A stretch of 62,824 nt of DNA, filler included, from Choristocarpus tenellus KU-1152 (taxonomy: Eukaryota > Protista > Phaeophyceae): assembly GCA_964200185.2 (NCBI GenBank). It is 8 parts of 8 records of this genome, joined end to end, with 100 filler letters (N's around TTAATTAATTAA, not from the genome) between each part and the next. Parts side by side here need not be neighbours in the genome. Positions count along the whole stretch, not along the records: positions 23,210 to 27,523 come from CAXNAD020015154.1; positions 27,624 to 35,329 come from CAXNAD020005717.1; positions 35,430 to 41,709 come from CAXNAD020008492.1; 5 more parts are not named here. One strand, written 5' to 3'. Of this stretch, positions 26,114 to 37,122 are shown piece after piece. The notes below the pieces were generated by a model, which saw only the letters and a program-made list of their open reading frames with translations, had not been told where the DNA came from and did no database searches. The position numbers and the translations under genes are program-made. Numbering within the stretch: position 1 is the stretch's first letter; the number at the start of each line of letters is the position of its first letter.

Positions 26114-27436
26114 TCACACTGGACACAGCTGACTCCAGCGATGCATCTGATGTGGGGATCGCCAAAGCCTTCATGGAGGCGTGCATTACCGAGCTTCTAC
26201 AATCGGCAACGAAACCTGCTTCTTCACAGTATCGAGTGCAGACTCAAATCCTCACCCAAGTCATATACAACCATGGGTTCAGGCTCATCAAGGCCGGTAA
26301 AGGGGCCATATCTCTTGTTTTCAGGGATGAATGCTACGTCCACGAGCCCACATGGGTTAAACTCGGCAATCGTGGGGGGAAGCCAGGCAACACATTGCGT
26401 CCCGAGCATGTGGAAGTGCTCCAGGCGAGGAAGGTTATCTTCTTGAGCCTCGTGAAGCCCGAACCTTGGGACGCCAGGTACTCCACACACCTAAATCTAT
26501 GGCACCTTTCTTGTTGAGGCATACCCCGAGTGGGAGAAGGGGGACGAATGCAATTTCGAGTCCGCCCACCAATGGAAATAGGGCTTTGGTCGTTTCGGAT
26601 TTTTGTTGAAGTACAGGTAGAGTTACAGGTTGTGGTGATTTATGCATCAGTGTATACCTTGCCTTGGTGTCCGACTACCATGTTCATGCACTTTCCATTC
26701 CATGAGTTATGCATTTAGATAGTGGTATCGGATACATTGCTACCAGTCAGAGTCGTCAGCGTATCATATATCATACTCACGTTGAGGATTAGACCTATGT
26801 TATTATTTGTTTATAATAGCGTGTCTGCTACAAGGTTTAGACAACAAAAATATAATACATCAATCAAACAACTCTTCTCCATCTGCTCTGCCGCTATTTA
26901 TTCCTTGAACACTATAGCACACCTCCCCCCCTCTTCTCAATACTCTATGCACCATCTCTGGCTTTGTCCAAGTGTCGACAAACTAGATTCGATCTCGTTC
27001 TGCTTCGAATCTTGGAGGATTATATTCCAAAGTCCACGCACAATGCTCCTAAGCACAGCACCAACCCAGGACCTCTGGAAGTGTACCTTGAACTACTTTC
27101 AGAGAAACGTACGACAATAGACCTTGAGCAATAACCACTCGTATACACGTCCATATTCCGTCCGCACCTTTTCCCTTACTTGATACCAACAACTTTAACC
27201 CTAACACCCTCAGCGACAACCACGTCTTATTACAAACTAAATCCAACACATGCAGGCAAACAATCAAAGTGTTACATTTAAACTGTACATGATATATATC
27301 TTTTGGTTCCTCGTGCACATGCCGGGAGAACAGGCCCAAACTGACAGTCCTCTTTTTGTACACACCAAACACGACTCATGCAAGCAAATAAATGAAAAAA
27401 ACAACCTCGCAACAGCCCATATTCTTTTTTTCAATT

Positions 27437-27523
27437 GACCCAAAGTATCTGGGGGGGGGGGGGGGGGGGGGGAGGGAAGGGCGGGGGGAGGGGGAGGGGG
27501 GGGAAGGGGGGGGGGCAGGGGTT
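27437..27523 (+). mobile_element. MITE family B left end plus poly-G at contig end
   Basis: GACCCAAAGTATCTGGGGGG. Confidence 0.8.
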
Positions 27524-27623
27524 NNNNNNNNNNNNNNNNNNNNNNNNNNNNNNNNNNNNNNNNNNNNTTAATTAATTAANNNNNNNNNNNNNNNNNNNNN
27601 NNNNNNNNNNNNNNNNNNNNNNN

Positions 27624-27646
27624 CCCCCTCCCTGATACTTTGGGTC
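27624..27646. mobile_element. MITE family B terminus at contig start
   Basis: CCCCCTCCCTGATACTTTGGGTC. Confidence 0.75.
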
Positions 27647-30628
27647 TTATCTTGACGATATTGTACTAGCCTCCTCAACGTGGAACCATCATATCCAACT
27701 TCTTGAGAGCGTATTGTCGTTACTGCAGCAAATAGGAGTCGCCCTCAAACCCTCTAAAGCCCAATTTGGCTCAAAATATATATTCATTATTTGGGACATG
27801 AAGTCAACCACAGTGGTATCGCTGTGTCACCAGATCGAATCTAGGCTATTACCGCTCTGAAAGCCTCTAACTATATGTGAAGGAGTTACAATCCTTTCTA
27901 GGTTCCATGAGCTTTGTTAGGAAATATGTTCCCCATTTGGCTACAATAACCGAGCCCCTGGTGTCACTTACAAGGAAAAGTACAAAAAAGTCTGGAAGGT
28001 ACAAAAGTTTATCTCAACTATGGGGACGACCACAGCAAAATTCTTTCAAGGAGTGTAAACTTCTATTAACTACGTCGTCAGTGTTAAACTTTCCAGACTT
28101 TAGTCGAGAGTTCTTTATTCACCTGGACGCTAGCGATGTTGGCATGAGAACTTTCTTGGCACATAAAAATGAGGACAAGAGTTTCCAAATTGTAGCCTAC
28201 CATAGTGCTCTTTATTAAGTCAACCCAAAGACGATATTCAGCAACTCAGAAAGAACGTCTGGCTGTCATCCTTGCCATGACACATTGGCGCCCATATATT
28301 TGGGGAAATGACTTTACAGTTATAAGTGATCATTCGGCATTACTTTGGATACATACAAACAAGATGCTTCCAATATGTTGACCAGGTGGGCCTTAGCCTA
28401 GCAAGCTTTTGACTTCACAGTTTTACATAAACCGGGACGTTTACACTACATTCCGGATATGTTATCCCGGACACGGTTGGAGGAATTTATGTTGGATGAA
28501 ACACCACTTCCACTAGCCCCACTGTGCCGTAATATAGGCCAAAGCAGAGTCGCATGTCTCCACACCCAAGGTTTACCCTGCATATGATCTATCAGTGGAT
28601 ACACTAGGTGAAATTATCTGAGTACAAACCGATACGGAACTATTCACACTAGCGCCGTTAATGTTTTCCCAACAGTGGATCCTGAAGTACTATTCGAAGT
28701 TCAACAAGCTCACTATTTCAAATATTTGGCTAATCCAGAAAAAGCCCTCTTACCAAAAACCGAAACAAGGTATACCATGTCTTACTTTTTCACACAAGAA
28801 ACGGAGGGCAAACATATGTTATATACAAATCGTATCAACCCGGTCACCTTCTAAAGAACGACAAATTCCGAGATCAATTAGTGATGAGTGAAAGTATCTT
28901 AGAGAGTACGAGTTTTGCCCTTTTTCTCCATTTGAGGCTTGACTTCCCTCGGGGGTTTTATGACATTTTCCTACTCCAAAATATTTCAAAGTAGGTAAAA
29001 TGTATACGTTATAAAAAGGTGTTTCCCGAACAACGATATTGACACTTCCTAACGAACACGATAGTCAAAATTACACCAAAATCGCAACATTGGATTTTGG
29101 CCACCATATGGACGTGACTTCTACCCTCTAAGACACTTTGGGTCTGGTACCCACTGACATACAAGGTTTAATACTCCATGCCCTTCATGATTATACGGTC
29201 TCAGGACACCTTGCATTCAAGCACACCTTTGACCGGATTCGTGACCGTTTTTAGTGGCCCACTTTGCATAGAGATGTTCGAACTTGGTGTGAAACATGTC
29301 AATCATGCCAAAGTCGCAAGACAACCCCGTCTAACCTATCAAACCCTCCAAGGTATATGCCAGTAACACGCCCATTTCAGAGAGTGGCAATTGATTTCGT
29401 AAAGTACAAAACTCAAATCAGAGGAAAATACTTACGTCTTGTCTGCTATCGACCATTTAACAAAGTTTGCTTTGCTCAGTGCTATTCCTAACAAAGGAGA
29501 GGCAACTGTAGCAAAAGCATTAACAGAACGAGTGTTTTCTATTTTTGACGCCCCAGAAACCATACACTCAGACCAGGGTAAGGAGTTTGAAAATAAACTG
29601 ATCCTAGAACTTCAAAAGACCTATGGATACAAGAAAACAAAAAACAACACCGTATCGATCTCAAGGCAAGAGCATCCTTGAAATAATTCGTAAGACAATG
29701 CATGGCATGCTAGCTATGTATTCCAATATGCAGCAATCGGATTGGGCGTCATTATTGCCTTTTGCCCAACTGGCTCGCAATACCGCTTATAATACCACTG
29801 TACAAAGAAACACCCTTTTACTTAATGTTTGGGAGACCGTCCCACATTACCAATCGATATTATTTTGGGAGAACCAGAGGTCATGCCTCTTTCTACCTAG
29901 GAGTACAGTAAGCAAACAACTGGATAATTTACAACTGGCATATGAACTGGCGAGACAGAATATCGGTGAGATGGCTTTGCGAAATGAGTCCAAGGCCACT
30001 GAACACACCATTCCTATTCATGAAGTTGGTGCTAAGGTGTGGCTCCACAAACCCCACACTTCGGCAGATGCTCCTAATCCCAAGCTACTGTCCCCGTGGA
30101 GAGGACCATGTGAAGTAAAAGAGAGGATAACTTCGGTAGTCTACCGTGTGAAGGCGCAGGCCGACCATCGAGAAATCATCATGCATATAGCACAGCTTAA
30201 ACCACAGAAAGAGGGCCACCCTCCTGAACCAGGCATTGACTCTCTTAATTCTTTATTTGTGCGCAGAATAATACCTGAACCAGATATAGAACAAGGTTCA
30301 AGCGTTCAACCAACTTTAGGGTCATACTTTGTTGAGGGCATTGCAGACCATAAATCTGGAGTGGGTCGTAGATCCCCACATAACTATTCATATCGGCTTA
30401 GATTTAGAGGTTTTGCTCCAGCTAGTGATGTCAGGCGGAAAGCAAAGGAAATTCCTCAGTGTGCAGAGATGATTGAAGCATACAGATCACGACGCAATCT
30501 GGATGTTTCTCCTGACCAAAGTGTATCTACGCAAAAAACTCCCTGTGACCAAGGTGTACCGACGCCAGAGTCTTTTCAATCTTCTCCACCACCCTCTGCC
30601 GCAATAGCCGAACAACCATCACACACTT
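27647..30628 (+). mobile_element. Ty3/Gypsy (chromovirus-type) pol remnant: RT, RNase H, integrase, chromodomain; pseudogenised
   Basis: YLDDIV, HYLGH, KELQSFLG, FFIHLDASDVG, ISDHSAL, integrase zinc finger (GHL...WPTLHRDVRTWCETCQSCQ), PFQRVAID, IHSDQGKEF, KLLSPWRGP, chromodomain YFVEGIADH...YRLRFRGF. Several stops and frameshifts. Confidence 0.92.
28886..29144 (-). mobile_element. MITE family A inserted in the Gypsy integrase, TSD TGAT/TGGT
   Basis: Reverse-orientation copy; removing it restores FRDQLVVPTD. Confidence 0.92.
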
Positions 30629-30837
30629 GAGCCAAAGTATCTTAGGGGGTAGAGCCGCGTCCATTTGGGGGCCAAAATCCAATGTTGCGATTTTGTTGTA
30701 ATTTTGGCTATCGTGTTTGTTAGGAAGAGTCGATATCCTTCCTTCCAGACACACCTTTTCATAACGTATACATTTTACCTACTCCGAAATATTTCGGAGT
30801 AGGTAAAATGTCACAAAAACCCTGAGTGAAGCCAAGT
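30629..30837 (+). mobile_element. MITE family A lacking its right TIR; contains a perfect 42-bp palindrome (30770-30811)
   Basis: GAGCCAAAGTATCTTAGGGGGTA start; ACATTTTACCTACTCCGAAAT/ATTTCGGAGTAGGTAAAATGT. Confidence 0.9.
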
Positions 30838-30840
30838 TCT

Positions 30841-31720
30841 AACCTTGACCAAGCAGCGCTCGTCCGAAGTGATCGCGAACTATATACTAGTTCCGCTACT
30901 GTGTTTCGTTCAGTGCACCCAGTGCAATTAAGCAAGGAGCAGGAATCCGAGTTCGGACCATATTTCAGGTATTTCCAGTCCCCCAACGTCGCCTCGCCAC
31001 TTGATAAGGAATCAACGATGTCGATGTTGTATTTTTTCCTTCGTAATGGCTTACTGTATCGTTCGTATTTACCAGGCCATCTTGGTACGAGGAGCACGTT
31101 TTAGAGATCAGTGGGTCGTTCCTCGCTCGTTAGTCCGTCTGGTAATCGGTACATGTCATGACCCTGCATTGTCTGGAGGGCACTTAGGTTTCAAACCCAC
31201 GTTCAATAAGGTTAGAGACTCGTATTGGTGGCCAACATTCAATATCGACGTTCGTACATAGTGTCGTGATTGTCAAGTATGCCAAACGTGTAAGACTGCT
31301 CATAAGAAACCTACGCTTCCCACTGGGCATATGCCCGTTGACAGACTATTTCAATGTGTTGCTGTTGATTTGGTAGAAGTACACAATACACGTTCCCCAG
31401 CAGCAAATGATGTGATGTGCTCGTATGTGTTGTCTGCCATTGATCACTTCACTCGTTTTGTTGTGCTGAGTCCTATTCCAAATAAAAGGGCTGCAACAAT
31501 TGCTCGTACGCTGGTAGAACATGTATTTTCAATTTTTGGTCCACCCAAGTTGTTGCACTCCGATCAAGGTACCGAATTTGAAAACAGTATTGTTGCAGAG
31601 TGGCAGTCTGTCTTTGGTTACAAGAAAACCAAAATCACACCGTATCACCCCCAAGGAAATTCTGTGTTAGAAAGAGTACATGCTATGTTGCATTCTATGC
31701 TAGCAATATGTATCTCTGTT
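30841..31720 (+). mobile_element. Second, divergent Ty3/Gypsy integrase fragment
   Basis: RDQWVVP...HDPALSGGHLGFKPTFNKVRDSYWWP, RLFQCVAVDL, LHSDQGTEF, YHPQGNSVLER. Confidence 0.9.
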
Positions 31721-32039
31721 GCTGATTATCATCAATATCATCGTATAAAAAGGAACTGGTCAATGATGTGTTCTCACAATCGGGGACCACATATATATAT
31801 ATATATATATATTATCCCCAGTGATCAGGAAGGAACACATATCCTACGTTTATTTATCCACATGGTCCTTTACTGTTTCCGGCGGACCCCATTTCTTCCA
31901 CGCATTCTAATCTTATGAAAGTTTGCCATCACCGTGGTTTCCATGGAGGGTTAAGCACTAGAACCAAGTCAACAACCCACATATTGGTTCAGGCAGTGTT
32001 GGAGTTTCACCAACTAAACCTTCTATTGCGCCCCCAGTC

Positions 32040-33290
32040 TCGCCCTGTATACGAGCAACCCTAGCCATTAGGGCTTTGGTCCTCAGTGGTTGATGGACTC
32101 TGCGTGTCGAGATGCAGAGTCCTCATATCCGGGGCTCGTGCCCGGATAATCCAAGAGAGGAAGCTGGCCACGCGGAGGCAGCCAAACTTCTGAACCCGGA
32201 GGGACAACACATCGAGGGTAGGTGGAGGTCATCTTCACCTTCATCTTCCGGTCCCAAAATCTGAGTCGTTTCCTTATCATCGTCTGGATCCCTGAATGTT
32301 GGATCAAATGCCCATCCCCCAATGCACTTCCCCTCTATCTCCCCACCTAGGAGCAGGGTCATCCATTTACTTCAATCACCAGGGATAGAGGAGTCAAAAT
32401 GAGATTTGACCACCCCTATCAGTTCGTCTATGTGAAGTGTTTCCTTGCAGCTCCCCACTGCTCACACTCCAACATGATGTGTGGTAAATCCTCTGCCACG
32501 TCCCAGTGGGACCAGGGGCACTGATTTTGATAGTATTTTTCATTTTTTTCAGGAGTCCCTGCTTTTGCCAGTTTGGAGACCGTCCAGAACCCTCCTACCC
32601 TACACCATACCACTGCTGCCATGCCTGAAGCCAACTTAGGGCAGCACCCGATTCTTACGTGTGTGTGGTACTGTTTCTCATACTGCGCTTCGATGTAGGC
32701 ATCCCCAGCCTTGGTACCAAGCACCCTCTCCTCTCTAAGCCAATTTTTTTTACAAAGGAGTCGACCTAGAGGTTTTGGGGCCATGGCGATCCACCCTCCT
32801 GCCTCCTTGAGAACGTCTGGTGTGGAGTCCGGCATATAGTCACCCAATATATGTATGTAGCGGTTCATCCACCTCTGTGTGCCTGTTACCCCATGTCCAA
32901 GACCGATGCTTAAATGGTTTCTCCACCAGCATGTTGATCCAGGTGTTTAGGGTGAAGCATTTGTGCCAAAGTATCTTAGAGGGTACAGCTGCGTCCATTT
33001 GGGGCCAAAATCCAATGTTGCGATTTTGATGAAATTTTGACTATCGTGTTTGTTAAGGAAGTGTCAATATCCTTGTTCCGGACATAGCTCTTCATATGGT
33101 ACACGTTATACCTACTCCAAAATATTTTGGAGTGGGAAAATGTCATAAAAACCCGAGATAAGCCAAGCCCCAAATGGACAAACAGGGCAAAACTCTTACC
33201 CTCTAATATACTTTCACTCATTTGTTCAATGCTCAGGCTTGCTGCGCCGCAGCTCTTGCACACACAGGCAGGGATCGGGGACCACAATGA
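32040..33290 (-). mobile_element. 3' part of a non-LTR retrotransposon ORF2 (C-terminal zinc-knuckle region), degenerate
   Basis: QCPW...AEDLPHIMLECEQWGAAR resembles the LINE C-terminal CxxC...H...C domain; interrupted by a MITE. Boundaries approximate. Confidence 0.6.
32963..33219 (+). mobile_element. MITE family A, complete, TSD ATTT
   Basis: TIRs present; ATTT on both flanks. Confidence 0.93.
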
Positions 33291-33808
33291 CCAAATAACG
33301 AAAAGATAGTCAAAAGTACAATATATCAAATCTACGACTTCAAGGTCATAATGGTGTTTATGGAACCGCCATCAAGACGTATCGCCTGTAACATGCCCCC
33401 CTAGCATGAAGCATAACTGCTTCAATGTAATACACAGGCGATTGGACAAGGAAATATAATGTCACTCCTCATCCTATCATGAACACAGCAGAAATTAAAT
33501 TAATGTCACTTCCAGGTCCTAACATATCTGTAGGCAGCGTTGGGGATCCAGCGGAGGAGGAAACCTGGAGGAAAACCCCCTTCCAACGTTTGCCCTGATG
33601 ACAGATATGTTAGTGCGACACTCGCACCTCACAGCACTCACTCTGCATTTGACTCAACGATCAAAAGAAATACTACTACACCAGAGTCTCATAACACACA
33701 TCAAAAGTAGGGTACTTTCTAAAAAGACTCTACCACTTCCGAGCTAAACAAATACAAATACAGACAAAACAATAGTAGCACTGAACTTGAGTTTTGCCAT
33801 AGACTCTC

Positions 33809-34022
33809 GAGCCAAAGTATCTTAGAGGGTAGAGCCACGTCCATTTGGGGGTCAAAATCCAATGTTGTGATTTCGAAGAAATTTTGGCTATCGAGTTTGT
33901 TTGGAAGTGTCATTAACCTTGCTCCGGACATACCTTTTCAGAACGTATAAAAACCCCAAGGGAAGCCAAGCCCCAAATGGACAAACAGGGCAAAACTCGT
34001 ACCCTCTAAGATACTTTCACTC
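33809..34022 (+). mobile_element. MITE family A, TSD TCTC, internal palindrome deleted
   Basis: Both TIRs and TSD intact; 214 bp; reads AACGTATAAAAACCCC where other copies carry the palindrome. Confidence 0.93.
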
Positions 34023-34118
34023 TCTCCCCCTTCAAAACTAAAGCACAGCAATGACAGGACACTAAGACCATGACTCACAGTCATAAAAGAGATCGTGTGC
34101 TGTCATGGAAAGGCTTAC

Positions 34119-34292
34119 AACTCAAAGTAACTGGGGGAGGTGGCGGCTGTCCATTTGGGGTCAATTTTTTGATGTCGAGATTTTTGGGTGATTTGGCTGC
34201 ATATGTCTGATGGATAATGTAAGGGTCCTTTTCCTGATTTTGCCCCAGATGGACACCCTGGTGTCGACCCCCCCCCCCCAATACTTTGGGTC
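34119..34292 (-). mobile_element. MITE family B, complete, TSD TTAC
   Basis: Reverse-orientation copy; TTAC on both flanks. Confidence 0.9.
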
Positions 34293-35429
34293 TTACCCTT
34301 GCTAGGAACTATGAACACATATACAAAAAAAATCAAACTTCTTACAAAGAAAAAAAAAATAGGGAGTATCTCAGCAAATCTCTCCCTCTTCACAACTATC
34401 AACAAAAGTGAATACAGGCACAAATTACAATAGCACTGAAATAGGGTGCTGCCGTAGATTGTCCCTCTTCACAACTATAAAGACAAACTATAGGACACCG
34501 AGATAATGTTTCACAGTCACAAACAAAAATAAGGTGCTGCCATATAAAGGCTTGCCCTACCTATGAACTAAGAACATACAAATAAACAAAAGACTCAGAA
34601 AATAGGGAGTGTCATAGTACGACTCCCCCCTCACAAATATCGACACGAATGGATATCGATGCAAAATCGCAATAGCACTGAAATAGGGTACTGCCATAAA
34701 CGCTTCCCCCTTCACAACTATAAACACAAGCAATACAAGACAAAAATCATGTCTCAAACACAAACAAAAATGTATAAAAACCACATAAAATAAGTAAATG
34801 TCATAACAAGACTACTCACACTAGTTAGAATGCGAAAAGGCAGACATGCTATTCGCTTGCAACATGCCCCCCAGCGTGAACTAGGAATACATGTTTCACA
34901 CTTACCACAGGTGATTACTACAGGTCAGGACAATAAATACCATTATCACCTCGAATCATACTGCAGCAGCATGTATTAGTTGCCACATGGCGACATAGGG
35001 ACTCCAGTTCCGACTCTGTTCCGACTCTGCCAGTTGTTTCCAACATAGGGACTCCAGTTCCAAATAAACCCGTGGATTCCAACAATGATCGACATATCTC
35101 CTCATTTATTTTGAGAATGTGGAAAGGGGTTAAGTTATTGATACGTGGACGCGATGCATAAACGCGTTTAGCCGTCACGACTGCTGCAGGAATTCTCGCA
35201 AAGTCTGGCCCTGGGCTGGAACCTCTCCGAATCACTGATTCCCAGAGGAAACCGTTGTTGAAACCTGAATCGAATGCATTGTATATGATACATAGACTAC
35301 GAAGGAAGATGAATCATGGTGTTGTAAAGNNNNNNNNNNNNNNNNNNNNNNNNNNNNNNNNNNNNNNNNNNNNTTAATTAATTAANNNNNNNNNNNNNNN
35401 NNNNNNNNNNNNNNNNNNNNNNNNNNNNN

Positions 35430-35639
35430 GATGGACTTGCTGACACGCGCAAGGCCACACTCGCTCAGGGGACGCACCATCTCCATGCATGTGATGTTGC
35501 CGAGTTTCATCTGGTACGTGCCGAGGTAGTGATGTTCTAGGAGCGAGGACATACCCTTCAGATTGCTGTCCCCCGTTCTCGATCCATGGGCAGCGCCATC
35601 AGCGGGCGGATGGGTTGTTGTTGAGCGAATGCTGGACAT
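35430..35639 (-). CDS. 5' fragment of an ORF cut by the contig end; possible ParB/Srx-like domain start
   Basis: GC-richer open frame MSSIRST...YQMKLGNITCMEMVRPLSECGLARVSKSI; domain call from visual pattern only. Confidence 0.3.
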
Positions 35640-36850
35640 GGCGAAGATTGGGAGGGTGTGACGGGGATCGATAAATAACAGGCGCACGTGGTATGTAAAG
35701 TGAAGAAAGGGAAGTATTAGTGGGAAAGAAATCCACTGTATGACCTGTTCCCCTTATTCATGGTGGTTGGGGACACTGCATGTTGCATCGGAAAAAGGAA
35801 TTTGGGAAAGACGTGTCTAGTCCTCTCTCCAAACTAGGCTGAACCGAAGTCACTTCTAGTATGTATCATGGCGTTTGCGTATCTACTATTGAGTGGCGAC
35901 AAACCATGTTAGGTAGTCTGTCAACATGTAAAATCACATGCAATGTAGTCATCTACTTGTATTCCATCACATCCCCTTCCAGCAGTTAGCCATAGTCCAG
36001 TAAAATATCCTAGATCGTACGTATTATTATTATTATAGACCAGGGTTTTTATTGGATTCTTGGGATGCCTCTCTAGCTCCTCCCGGGGCACAGGTATAGG
36101 TAGATTGGAGACACAGGAGGGCAGTAGTAGTACAACATAGATAGTAGTGAAATAACAGATTAGGGTTTTTCACATTTGTAACTTATATTTCTTTAGGGCT
36201 TTTACTGACAATATGTATAGTTTTCATTGGTTTCCCCCGACACATCTGGAAGATATCAGAGAGCATAATAATATATTAATATTGTAGAGACAAGGGTAGT
36301 GTGTTGTATGTGTAACATATATGAGAAGTAATGTAGTGTATGTCATGTGTTAAACTACTTTTTGCCACAAGTGGTCAGGGTAATAATCCTCCCATCCATT
36401 ATAATGTGAAGGAAGTGAGAGTTTATGAAGCAATCTGAGTTTTGTGGGCGGAAGAATTCTGGTTGGCTGGGGGGCACAGGACAAGCGTGGGTAGGGGAAA
36501 GAAAAAGAAGGAAGCAGGAGGAGAATGAATAGTTAAGGAAGGGAAGAAAAGGTTAAGGGAAATGAGTGGTAGGTAAGGGGATGAACAGCAGCAGTCAGTC
36601 AGTGATAAAAGGAAAGAAAATCAGGGGTAAAAGACGAGGAGGGGAGACCAAGGCAACCTCCGAGCAAGCTTCTCCCACCCACCCACCCTGTCGCTTGCTC
36701 ACGAACGACGGGAACGCTGGGAAAGGGGGGGGGAAGGGAGGTCAAGTTCCGGCGGGGTAGATGTCTTCTAGCTCAAAGGCACGGTTTGAAGTGGATCATG
36801 AAGGGGTGCTCTTGGATGATTGTGGAGTGGTAACTTGTGCGGGTTGAAAG

Positions 36851-36960
36851 GATGGCTGGCAACCAGTGACGACGAAGGGCATTCACACTGGTTGGGCATC
36901 AAATGTGGGGATGGCTGGCAATCAGTGACGAAGGGCATTCGCACTGGTTGGCCATCAAAT
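36851..36960 (+). repeat. ~58-bp tandem duplication
   Basis: GATGGCTGGCAA.CAGTGACG...AAGGGCATTC.CACTGGTTGG.CATCAAAT occurs twice. Confidence 0.85.
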
Positions 36961-37122
36961 AACAGCCGATTTCAAAAATTGAGGATGGGCTTGACCCAAA
37001 ATTGACTGCAATAAAGTGTCGATATGTTTTGTTTTTAAATCTTATCGACTGTATAACATATCGACACTTTATCCCAGTCAATTTTGGGTCAAGCCCATCC
37101 TCAATTTTTGAAATCGGTTGTT
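36961..37122. mobile_element. 162-bp near-perfect palindromic MITE, TSD AAAT
   Basis: ~68-bp arms AACAGCCGATTTCAAAAATTGAGGATGGGCTTGACCCAAAATTGACTG...; short spacer; AAAT on both flanks. Confidence 0.9.

Larger units (their letters stand above)
24282..26517 (+). pseudogene. Intronless ~570-codon ORF of unknown family, broken by two MITEs and one 1-nt deletion
   Basis: Removing 24571-24830 and 25857-26117 joins the ORF pieces in frame (LIDE|LSTFRN; EDCVT|LDTADS). The frameshift near 25280 is corrected by the second copy of an internal ~324-bp tandem duplication. Confidence 0.75.
33700..34800. repeat. Degenerate ~80-bp tandem repeat with apparent ~240-bp higher-order period
   Basis: Recurrent AAATAGGG(A/T)G...CCCTCTTCACAACTAT and AATAGCACTGAAATAGGGT blocks (e.g. 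~34430 and ~34672); two MITEs are inserted in it. Confidence 0.6.

Noticed and set aside
27437-27646. Possibility that the contigs either side of the spacer are joined through one family B MITE
   Set aside because: The flanks AATT and TTAT do not form a TSD.
31720-31954. piggyBac-like end ...CCATGGAGGGTTAA
   Set aside because: Only one end is visible, with no matching TIR or TSD partner.
34918-35329. 105-aa minus-strand ORF
   Set aside because: No recognisable motif or supporting neighbouring exons.
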